Shown here: one piece after another, positions 18,890-26,441 of the stretch
Position numbering within the stretch: position 1 is the first letter of the stretch
Layout: the number at the start of each line of letters is the position of its first letter
DNA from: Thermodesulfobacteriota bacterium
GTDB taxonomy: Bacteria > Desulfobacterota > Desulfobacteria > Desulfobacterales > JAUWMJ01
Assembly (NCBI GenBank): GCA_034189135.1
Contig: JAXHVO010000059.1
Span: 7,336 to 71,335 of the forward strand
Direction: 5' to 3'
DNA length: 64,000 nt
Made by a program: the position numbers and the translations under genes
The notes under the pieces: generated by a model
What the model was told of the DNA's origin: nothing
The model's database searches: none
What the model saw: the letters and a program-made list of their open reading frames with translations, nothing else

Positions 18890-19165
18890 ATGGTTGAAAA
18901 TCTAAATATTCAAAAAGTATTGGCACCCATATCGTTAACATCCAGGGTAAAAAAGGCCAGCAGGGAAAAGAATAAAAACCGGCAAAAAACCTTTGATGAG
19001 GAATTAAAGAAAAAAAAAGAACATAAGGAAGGGCGGTCTGTTGCTCAATCAAAGACAGATAAAGAAACAAGTATAAGGAAAGAAGAATCTCTAACAGAAA
19101 ACCAGAATGAAAATAGTGAAAGTGTAGAAAGCAAACAGGGTAAGCGGATAGATATTCATATTTAG
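18890..19165 (+). CDS. Hypothetical Lys/Glu-rich small protein
   Basis: 91-aa highly charged ORF co-directional with the operon, ending 19 nt before the strong RBS of the next ORF. It has a weak RBS and no recognisable domain. The hydrophobic antisense ORF 18888-19169 is likely a mirror artefact. Confidence 0.35.
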   Translation: MVENLNIQKVLAPISLTSRVKKASREKNKNRQKTFDEELKKKKEHKEGRSVAQSKTDKETSIRKEESLTENQNENSESVESKQGKRIDIHI

Positions 19166-19184
19166 GCAAAAAAAGGAGTTAAAA

Positions 19185-19691
19185 ATGGGATTTAATGCAA
19201 CGCATGTATTTGAGACGAGTCTGGATGTGGTAGGGATTACACTTAGCTGTGTGATTATTTCCTATCTTATTTATAACAGAATAAAATACAATCAGCTGGT
19301 ATTAAGCAGAAAATATAATAAAAGTATGAGCACGTTTAAATCTGAAGTTGCGGTTAAGATGATTAAGCAACAAACAGAAAGAAGCTTTGATACCATTTGC
19401 GATATTATAAATAAGGAACAACGGAAATTCAAAAGACTGATGGAAAAGGAAGAACTTGAAAACGCAAAATATCTGATGATGATGATGGAGAAAGGCCACC
19501 TCCTTAAAAAAGTAATCAATGTAAAAGCCATGGATGAAGTGCAGCCGGGTATTACTGCAGATCCCTATGACGAAATATCCAAGATGGCCGGTTCCGGTAT
19601 GGGTGTGGAAAAAATATCCAAAAAAGTGGGGATGCCGCCAGGAGAAGTTGAACTGTATTTAAAGCTCAATAAAAATTATACTTTTAATTAG
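19185..19691 (+). CDS. Hypothetical membrane-anchored protein with a C-terminal HTH-like tail
   Basis: RBS AAGGAG 8 nt upstream and an N-terminal TM helix (VVGITLSCVIISYLIY). The C-terminus GMGVEKISKKVGMPPGEVELYLKLNK resembles tails of DUF2802-type flagellar-cluster proteins; this comparison is from memory and is not verified. Confidence 0.55.
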   Translation: MGFNATHVFETSLDVVGITLSCVIISYLIYNRIKYNQLVLSRKYNKSMSTFKSEVAVKMIKQQTERSFDTICDIINKEQRKFKRLMEKEELENAKYLMMMMEKGHLLKKVINVKAMDEVQPGITADPYDEISKMAGSGMGVEKISKKVGMPPGEVELYLKLNKNYTFN

Positions 19692-19698
19692 ATGGAGG

Positions 19699-20030
19699 AT
19701 CGGGGAGTTTTTCAATCTGTACTCAGTTCGTTCGGGGAAGCGCCCATTGGCCCGTATCAGCCTTAACAATCATTTCGAGAAACTGGCGTACGGTCCGCCT
19801 AGGCGGACTGAGATTCGATTTGAACCAGCCCCAAGGGACAGAATCCCACGGCAGCGTTGATCGTCTCTGCCTGTGTGTATTTAACTGAGAAGATAGGGGG
19901 CGTGTACAGAGTGCTGGGATTATTTGTTAAGGCTGATACGGGCCAATGGGCGCTTCCCCGAACGAACCACTAACAATCATTAAAGCTCAAACGGTTCATA
20001 AAAAAGGCCTAGGCAAAAATTGCCCGGTGG
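19699..20030 (+). repeat. Family-1 palindromic element, copy A
   Basis: 44-nt arms 19726-19769 and 19924-19967 are perfect reverse complements (44/44). They flank a 154-bp core. Outer arms are GATCGGGGAGTTTTTCAATC... and ...AAAATTGCCCGGTGGC. Confidence 0.85.
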
Positions 20031-20089
20031 CTTTATACGGGAAACAAGCAAGGGCGCCTAAATGCTTAAAATTAAATATCTATCAGCTT

Positions 20090-20105
20090 TGGTACATCTT
20101 TTGCA
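20090..20105 (+). promoter_or_regulatory. sigma54 promoter candidate upstream of flgF
   Basis: TGGTACATCTTTTGCA with GG-N10-GC spacing, 46 nt upstream of the flgF ATG. Confidence 0.55.
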
Positions 20106-20150
20106 TAATAAATTAAACAGGTTAAAAAACAAAAATGCCGGAGGTGGAAG

Positions 20151-20903
20151 ATGAGCGGCGGGATATACATGTCGGCAGCCGGAGCAATGGCTTACGAAAA
20201 AAGAATGCAGATAATTTCTAATAATCTTGCGAATATAAATACATCAGGTTTTAAAAAGGATAAAGGACATTTTCAAATTATCGATTCCCCTGAATCGATA
20301 CAGGAAGATCTTGAAAAAGATTCAGTTTCAACAGAGAAGCCGCAGCCTCCATTATGGCTTCAATTTGAAACAAAAACTGATTTTTCCGCTGGATCGTTGA
20401 AGCATACCGGGAATCCTTTAGACCTTGCGCTTGAAGGAGATGGGTTTTTTTGCATCAAAACAGAGCAGGGAACCCAGTATACCCGAAACGGAAATTTTTC
20501 ATTAAACCAGGATGGAATGCTGGTGACTATGGATGGATTGCCCGTTCTGGGAGATGGAGGGCCGATTAATATTGAAGGGGATACTTTAAGCGTAGATGTA
20601 AAAGGTAATATATCGATAGATGGAAACGTGGTTGATACACTTAAAATTGTCGACTTCCCACAGCAGGATGTTTTAAAAAAAACAGGAAATAGTCTGTTTG
20701 CTATTGCGGATAAAAAAGCAGTTGAGCGCAGGGCTGAAAATACCGGGGTGAGCCAGGGCTTTATCGAACTTTCAAATGTTAATGCGATAAGGATGATGAC
20801 TGAGATGATAGAAGTGCTCAGGGGATATGAGTCGTACCAAAAAGCGATCAAAACGGCCGATGAGGCAAGTGCAAAGGCAATTAATGATGTTGGAAGAGAG
20901 TGA
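20151..20903 (+). CDS. flgF: Flagellar basal-body rod protein FlgF
   Basis: N-terminal IISNNLANINTSGFKKD and C-terminal GFIELSNVNAIRMMTEMIEVLRGYESYQK. RBS GGAGGTGG. Confidence 0.9.
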   Translation: MSGGIYMSAAGAMAYEKRMQIISNNLANINTSGFKKDKGHFQIIDSPESIQEDLEKDSVSTEKPQPPLWLQFETKTDFSAGSLKHTGNPLDLALEGDGFFCIKTEQGTQYTRNGNFSLNQDGMLVTMDGLPVLGDGGPINIEGDTLSVDVKGNISIDGNVVDTLKIVDFPQQDVLKKTGNSLFAIADKKAVERRAENTGVSQGFIELSNVNAIRMMTEMIEVLRGYESYQKAIKTADEASAKAINDVGRE

Positions 20904-20919
20904 CAAATAAGGGGGTAAC

Positions 20920-21708
20920 ATGATCAGAAGCATATGGACGGCAGCCACGGGAATGCAGGCCCAGACATTAAATATTGATGTGATTGCGAATAATCTGGCC
21001 AATGTGAATACAGCGGGTTTTAAAAGGAGCAGATCGGATTTCCAGGATTTATTATATGAAACTTTAAGGCCTGCGGGTGTCTCTTCTTCAGAAGGAACGC
21101 AGGTTCCTGTGGGGGTGCAATTGGGGCATGGAACAAGGTCGGCAGCAGTAAATAAGATATTTTTACAGGGGGATTTTCAGAAAACAGACAACGAACTTGA
21201 TCTGGCTGTGGAAGGTGATGGTTTTTTTCAGATCCTGCAGCCAAATGGTGAAATTGCATACACACGTGCCGGCGCTTTTAAACTGGATAGTGAAGGAAGG
21301 ATGGTTACTTCTGACGGGTTTTCCCTGGAACCGGAAATCTCCATACCCACAGACACAGTTACCCTGTCGGTGGGAATAGATGGTACTGTTTCAGTGGTGC
21401 AGTCCGGGGCGACCGAGGCAACTGAGATAGGAACCATTGAGCTTGCGCGGTTCATTAATCCCGCCGGAATGCATACCATCGGCAGGAACCTGTATGTACC
21501 CACCGCAGCATCCGGTGATGTGGTAACGGGAACCGCAGGCGAAGATGGGTTTGGCACCATTGCACAGGGATATCTGGAGATGTCGAATGTGAGTGTGGTA
21601 GATGAAATGGTAAATATGATCACTGCGCAGAGAGCTTATGAAATAAACAGCAAAACAATTCAGGCGGCTGATGATATGCTGCAAATGGCAAATAATATTA
21701 AACGATAG
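20920..21708 (+). CDS. flgG: Flagellar distal rod protein FlgG
   Basis: [35 protein letters not shown] at the N-terminus and [25 protein letters not shown] near the C-terminus. Confidence 0.95.
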   Translation: MIRSIWTAATGMQAQTLNIDVIANNLANVNTAGFKRSRSDFQDLLYETLRPAGVSSSEGTQVPVGVQLGHGTRSAAVNKIFLQGDFQKTDNELDLAVEGDGFFQILQPNGEIAYTRAGAFKLDSEGRMVTSDGFSLEPEISIPTDTVTLSVGIDGTVSVVQSGATEATEIGTIELARFINPAGMHTIGRNLYVPTAASGDVVTGTAGEDGFGTIAQGYLEMSNVSVVDEMVNMITAQRAYEINSKTIQAADDMLQMANNIKR

Positions 21709-21741
21709 TGTCTGAGCAAAGACAGAAGGAAAAAAAGGATC

Positions 21742-22752
21742 ATGACATCCCCTAGTGTTAAAACTGGAATAAACCATATTTTTAAGCATCCCATACCGCT
21801 TGTTGTCCTTGGCCTTTTAGTGTTGGCAATTCCAGGATGCCTTTATGCAGAAAGCATAACATCAATAAATGTTTATAAAAAGACAACTGTAGAAAAAGAC
21901 GAAATACTGTTAGGAAAAATAGCGGACATAGAAAGTGAAGATCATGTGCTGCTTGACAGACTTAAAAATATTGTGATCGGAAGATCACCACTTCCGGGAA
22001 AGTCTCGCTATCTTGGAAGGGAATATATCAAACTGCGATTAAAACAAAATGATATCGAGTTTTCAAGGCTGGCACTTAAGATTCCTGAAAAAATTAAAGT
22101 ATCAAGGGGTTTTGTTAAAATCAGCAGGGAAGAAATACAAAGGATTGTTATAGATTATATCTATGAAAAACAGTTTTGGGATGAAGATAATGCAAGAATA
22201 ACGGATATTCAAATCGCTCACATTCCGTTTCTTCCAAAGGGAAAAATAAGCTACAAAGTGGTCCCGCCAAAAACGATGCAGGGAAAGGGCACGATCCCAT
22301 TGTCAATACTTTTTCTGGTGGATGGAGAATTTTATAAAAAGGTAAAAGCAGTCGCTAAAATTAAACTATTTAAAGAAGTGGTGGTTACCAAAAAACCACT
22401 GGGAAGGTACCGAACAATCACCCAAGAAGATGTCTACATGCAAAAAATGGACATCACCAATCTACCCAACGATATTATTACCAATTATAAAGATGCATTG
22501 GGGAAAAGAGTCAGGAGAAATATCTGGGCCAAAGTGGTTTTAAGGGCTGAACATATTGAATTCCCTCCTCTGGTAAAACGGGGAGATACAGTGCTGATCG
22601 TTGCAGAATCAGAAAAGATGAAAATTACAGCTCTGGGGGAAGTCAGAAAAGCAGGAAGGCGGGGTGAAAGAGTAAAGGTTGTAAACCTTAACTCCAACAA
22701 GAGGATATTTGCCCGTATTATCGATGAAAACACGGTCAAAGTCGAATTTTAG
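21742..22752 (+). CDS. flgA: P-ring assembly chaperone FlgA
   Basis: Signal peptide, SAF-like region and a C-terminal FlgA motif GDTVLIVAESEKMKITALGEVRKAGRRGERVKVVNLNSNK. Confidence 0.85.
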   Translation: MTSPSVKTGINHIFKHPIPLVVLGLLVLAIPGCLYAESITSINVYKKTTVEKDEILLGKIADIESEDHVLLDRLKNIVIGRSPLPGKSRYLGREYIKLRLKQNDIEFSRLALKIPEKIKVSRGFVKISREEIQRIVIDYIYEKQFWDEDNARITDIQIAHIPFLPKGKISYKVVPPKTMQGKGTIPLSILFLVDGEFYKKVKAVAKIKLFKEVVVTKKPLGRYRTITQEDVYMQKMDITNLPNDIITNYKDALGKRVRRNIWAKVVLRAEHIEFPPLVKRGDTVLIVAESEKMKITALGEVRKAGRRGERVKVVNLNSNKRIFARIIDENTVKVEF

Positions 22753-22821
22753 CCAACCAAACTTTTTTCATGTTTTGGTGATAACTATTTTTGCAGGTAT
22801 GCCCCCACAGGAGAATATAAC

Positions 22822-23604
22822 ATGGCTTTAAAATACAAGAGACTGATCAACCATCTATTTCACCTGTTCATTTTATTCTTTGTTTTTGCCTATCTGGTAG
22901 GTTGTGCCGGCAGCCTGAAGAATTTGAAGTCCGCTGGAACAAAAAAAGAACAACAGAAGAAAATTGTTTATAAACTCGATAAAACGCCTGAAGTAAAAAA
23001 AGTCCATCATGAAGGGTCTCTCTGGCGGGATGACAGTCCGATGAATAATTTATTCATAAGCCAAAAAGCCAGAAAAGTCGGAGATATTGTCACCGTCAAT
23101 ATTGTGGAAGCCTCCAGCGCTTCGAATCAAGCGGGTACAAAAACGGAAAGGGGATCATCCTTGAGCGGGGGCATAGATACCTTATTCGGTTTTGAAAACG
23201 AATTTAACCACGATGATAAGTATAAAGATATCAGAAAATATTTTAACCCCTTTTCATCAGCGGGTGGTCCAACCATAAAGGGATCAATAGACAGTGAGTT
23301 TGATGGATCGGGGACAACGGCAAGAAGCGGCAATTTGAACGCTTATATAACCGCGAGGGTAACCGAAGTCATGCCGGGAGGTAACCTTCAGATTATCGGT
23401 GTACGTGAGGTTGAGATCAACAACGAAAAGCTGATTATTACCCTAAGCGGGGTGATCAGGCCCAGGGATATTTCTCCTGAAAATGTGGTACTGTCCACAT
23501 ACATTTCTGACGCAAAAATCAGCTACAGTGGATCAGGAGTCATCAATGACCGCCAGCGACCGGGCTGGCTGGCAAACCTGATTAATGCGGTATGGCCGTT
23601 TTAA
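22822..23604 (+). CDS. flgH: Flagellar L-ring lipoprotein FlgH
   Basis: Lipobox YLVGC. FlgH motifs GSLWRDDS, KARKVGDIVTVNIVE and GNLQIIGVREVEINNE. Confidence 0.93.
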   Translation: MALKYKRLINHLFHLFILFFVFAYLVGCAGSLKNLKSAGTKKEQQKKIVYKLDKTPEVKKVHHEGSLWRDDSPMNNLFISQKARKVGDIVTVNIVEASSASNQAGTKTERGSSLSGGIDTLFGFENEFNHDDKYKDIRKYFNPFSSAGGPTIKGSIDSEFDGSGTTARSGNLNAYITARVTEVMPGGNLQIIGVREVEINNEKLIITLSGVIRPRDISPENVVLSTYISDAKISYSGSGVINDRQRPGWLANLINAVWPF

Positions 23605-23689
23605 GCGATTGGCAGAGCGTCCCTTTAGGACTTGAGGAGCCATGCGACTACGGCGAATTTAACGCTCAGAGCAAAGCGTTTCTCGAAAG

Positions 23690-23705
23690 TGGCACTCTTC
23701 GAGCA
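23690..23705 (+). promoter_or_regulatory. Weak sigma54 promoter candidate upstream of flgI
   Basis: TGGCACTCTTCGAGCA has correct spacing, but the -12 element is AGC rather than TGC. It lies in the 156-bp flgH-flgI gap. Confidence 0.35.
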
Positions 23706-23760
23706 AAGCGGTCATCGAGGGAAGCTCACATTTTTTTCAGCCCGGTCGGGGTAGGTTTAT

Positions 23761-24870
23761 ATGGTAAGAAATATGATTAAAAAAATCGGACTCATCTCAG
23801 TGATATTGGTCTTTCTGTGGGGAAGTGCAGATGCCGTCAGAATTAAGGATATAACTGAAATAAAAGGGGTACGTTCCAATCAGCTCATCGGATATGGTTT
23901 GGTGGTGGGACTGGACGGAACGGGTGACGGTAAAAAGTCAAAATTTACCATTCAGTCAGTGGGGGGTATGCTTGAAAAAATGGGGGTGACGGTAAACAGT
24001 AACGATATCAAAGGTGACAACGTTGCTGCCGTGATGCTTACGGCCGAACTTCCCCCCTTTGCAAGGGTCGGAAGCAGAGTTGATGTTATCGTCAGCTCCA
24101 TCGGCGGAGCAAAAAACCTCCAGGGCGGAACACTTTTGTTGACGCCCCTTAAGGCGCCTGATGGAAAAATTTATGCGGTGGCCCAGGGGCCTGTTAGTAC
24201 CGGAGGCTTTTCAGCCGAAGGTACTTCAGGCAGCGGGGTACAAAAAAACTTTCCCACAGTGGGAAGGTTGGTAGGCGGTGCCTTGATAGAAAGGGAGATA
24301 CAGATCGACTTTGACCAAAAGGAAACATTGTCACTGGCGTTACACCATCCCGATTTTACTACAGTATCCCGCATTGCAATGGCGATAAATGAAGCTTTGC
24401 TGGAAAATGTGGCCTATACTCCGGATGCCGGAACTGTAAAAATTAAAGTTCCGGAAAAATATTCAGAGAACTTGGTAAGCCTGATAACGCTAATTGAAGG
24501 TCTGGGGGTTACACCGGATATTGCTTCCAAGGTGGTGATCAATGAACGAACCGGAACAGTCATTATGGGTGAGAATGTCAGGATTTCGACCATTGCCATC
24601 GCACATGGAAACCTGAGCGTCCAGATCAGGGAAACAGAGGATGTTTCCCAGCCCCTTCCATTCTCCAAGGGACAGACGGAAGTGACGCCTGAGTCGGATG
24701 TCCTTGTTCGGGAAGGGAAAAACCCCATCTTTTTGGTAAAATCCGGGGTGAGTATTGGAGAGTTGGTAAGAGGCTTGAATGCACTGGGAGTTTCCCCCAG
24801 GGATCTGATATCCATTTTTCAGGCTTTGAAAGCGGCAGGCGCGCTTCAAGCTAAGTTGGAGATCATATAA
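23761..24870 (+). CDS. flgI: Flagellar P-ring protein FlgI
   Basis: Signal peptide followed by VRIKDITEIKGVRSNQLIGYGLVVGLDGTGD. The C-terminus reads LISIFQALKAAGALQAKLEII. Confidence 0.96.
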   Translation: MVRNMIKKIGLISVILVFLWGSADAVRIKDITEIKGVRSNQLIGYGLVVGLDGTGDGKKSKFTIQSVGGMLEKMGVTVNSNDIKGDNVAAVMLTAELPPFARVGSRVDVIVSSIGGAKNLQGGTLLLTPLKAPDGKIYAVAQGPVSTGGFSAEGTSGSGVQKNFPTVGRLVGGALIEREIQIDFDQKETLSLALHHPDFTTVSRIAMAINEALLENVAYTPDAGTVKIKVPEKYSENLVSLITLIEGLGVTPDIASKVVINERTGTVIMGENVRISTIAIAHGNLSVQIRETEDVSQPLPFSKGQTEVTPESDVLVREGKNPIFLVKSGVSIGELVRGLNALGVSPRDLISIFQALKAAGALQAKLEII

Positions 24871-25223
24871 TGCCTGATCCGATCAATTTGTCGAATATAC
24901 CGGTCAAAACCATTAGTCTGAGCAATGAAATACAAAGGGTGAAACATTCGATTAAATCCGGGGGAGCTGCATTTTCCGGTCAAAGAGATGCGGAGTTGAA
25001 AGACACATGTTGTGAGCTCGAGTCTCTTTTTATTAATTACCTCTTACAGGAAATGCGACAAACCATTGATAAATCAGGATTTATATCAGGAGGTCGAGCT
25101 GAGGAAATCTACACTTCCATGCTGGATACCCATATGGCAAAACAGTTCGCCCAAAAAGGTGGAATCGGTATTTCTTCCATATTGATGCAACAGCTCAAAC
25201 AAAATGAAAATGTAAAAAAATAG
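24870..25223 (+). CDS. flgJ: Rod-binding protein (FlgJ N-terminal-domain-only homolog)
   Basis: 117 aa with the Rod_binding motif CCELESLFINYLLQEMRQT. No muramidase domain. The ATG overlaps the flgI stop. Confidence 0.8.
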   Translation: MPDPINLSNIPVKTISLSNEIQRVKHSIKSGGAAFSGQRDAELKDTCCELESLFINYLLQEMRQTIDKSGFISGGRAEEIYTSMLDTHMAKQFAQKGGIGISSILMQQLKQNENVKK

Positions 25224-25224
25224 C

Positions 25225-25251
25225 TAAAGGTTTTGTCATTTAGGCCGATAT
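25225..25251 (+). promoter_or_regulatory. sigma28 (FliA) promoter candidate upstream of flgM
   Basis: CTAAAG-N(15 from TAAA)-GCCGATAT matches the TAAA-N15-GCCGATAA consensus. Confidence 0.7.
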
Positions 25252-25390
25252 TAGAATTGTAAGTTTCATTAAAAATACAACACTCTCTTTCTTGCCGTCA
25301 GGGAATGGGAAAGCTAAAATGAGCTATCCTGGTGGTAGAAAAAAATAAAATGGGGGCAACAGACATTAGATTTAAAAGGAGGTTTCATCA

Positions 25391-25699
25391 ATGAAAATAA
25401 CCGATAACAATTCTTCTTTAAATATCCGGAATTATGTTAATAATATTCAGGATGGCAAAAAGTTAGACGGTTCAGCCAAACCGGACGCGTCTCGGCAGGT
25501 GAAGGGGGATAAAGTTGTACTATCACCCAAGGCAAAAGAGGTACAGGAAGCGACAAAGCTCATCAAAGAGCTTCCCGATATCAGGGAAGAAAAAGTGGCG
25601 AAGCTGAAAGAGCAGGTCGATCAGGGAACATACAAAATTGATGGGGAAAAAATTGCCTTCAAGATGTTAAAAGAATCTATCCTTGATGAACTGTTATAA
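25391..25699 (+). CDS. flgM: Anti-sigma28 factor FlgM
   Basis: 102 aa. The C-terminal REEKVAKLKEQVDQGTYKIDGEKIAFKML is a typical FlgM signature. RBS AAAGGAGG. Confidence 0.88.
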   Translation: MKITDNNSSLNIRNYVNNIQDGKKLDGSAKPDASRQVKGDKVVLSPKAKEVQEATKLIKELPDIREEKVAKLKEQVDQGTYKIDGEKIAFKMLKESILDELL

Positions 25700-25828
25700 A
25701 TGCATGTTTATATCGCTTTCCATGAATATGTTCCGCAATATGAAATTGCGGTATATGTGGATGCAGAAAAGGAACGTTTGGTTTACGAAATGGATTTTTG
25801 ACAACCACTATAAAGATTAGGGATCCCT

Positions 25829-26329
25829 ATGGAAATATTATTAAAAGAACTGCTTAAACTTCTTGAAGACGAAATAGACATTTCTCGATCCCTGCTTCCT
25901 GTTTTTAAGCAAGAAAAAGAAGCGTTTTTAACTTCAGATCTAAACGAATTAAATAAGGCTTTGGCAGAAAAAGAAGGTCTTCTTTTTAATATGCGTTCCG
26001 TTGAAAAAAAAAGAACGCATGTAATGAATAAGATTTCAGAATCCTTAAAAGTTCTTCCACATGAGCTTACCTTGACAAAATTGGCTCAATCGGTCAAAGA
26101 GCCATACTCCATCCGTCTTAAAAATTGCGGCTTACAACTGTTAAAATTAACCCAAAACATAAGTCACGCCAATACCGGCAATAAGAGTATGTTTGCCCAT
26201 TCCCTTAATTTCGTAAAAGGCGCATTAACTTTATTGCAAAACATTATTGCTCCGGGCCAGGTTTATCATCGAACCGGCAGGGTACAACCCGGCCATCAGG
26301 GCGGCAATGTTCTGTCGGGTGAAGTATAA
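25829..26329 (+). CDS. flgN: Flagellar chaperone FlgN family protein
   Basis: 166-aa helical protein starting MEILLKELLKLLEDEIDISRSLL, positioned after flgM. Confidence 0.75.
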   Translation: MEILLKELLKLLEDEIDISRSLLPVFKQEKEAFLTSDLNELNKALAEKEGLLFNMRSVEKKRTHVMNKISESLKVLPHELTLTKLAQSVKEPYSIRLKNCGLQLLKLTQNISHANTGNKSMFAHSLNFVKGALTLLQNIIAPGQVYHRTGRVQPGHQGGNVLSGEV

Positions 26330-26441
26330 AAGACAGATAGAAGACACAAATTAAAAAGCAGACTTCTGACTTCTGTTCAGGCATGATTAAAGCTTTGATA
26401 TTCCGTAAAATTCCGGGTAAAAAAATTGAAGGATATCAGAA

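Noticed and set aside
18888-19169. 93-aa hydrophobic ORF antisense to the Lys/Glu-rich ORF.
   Set aside because: It is the mirror frame of an AAG/GAA-rich sequence. It is oriented against the operon and has no RBS.
23592-23780. 62-aa ORF in the flgH-flgI gap, and a 62-aa ORF at 17838-18026 before fliA.
   Set aside because: They have no RBS, overlap neighbouring genes' ends or starts, and have atypical composition. The intervals are better explained as promoter or leader regions.
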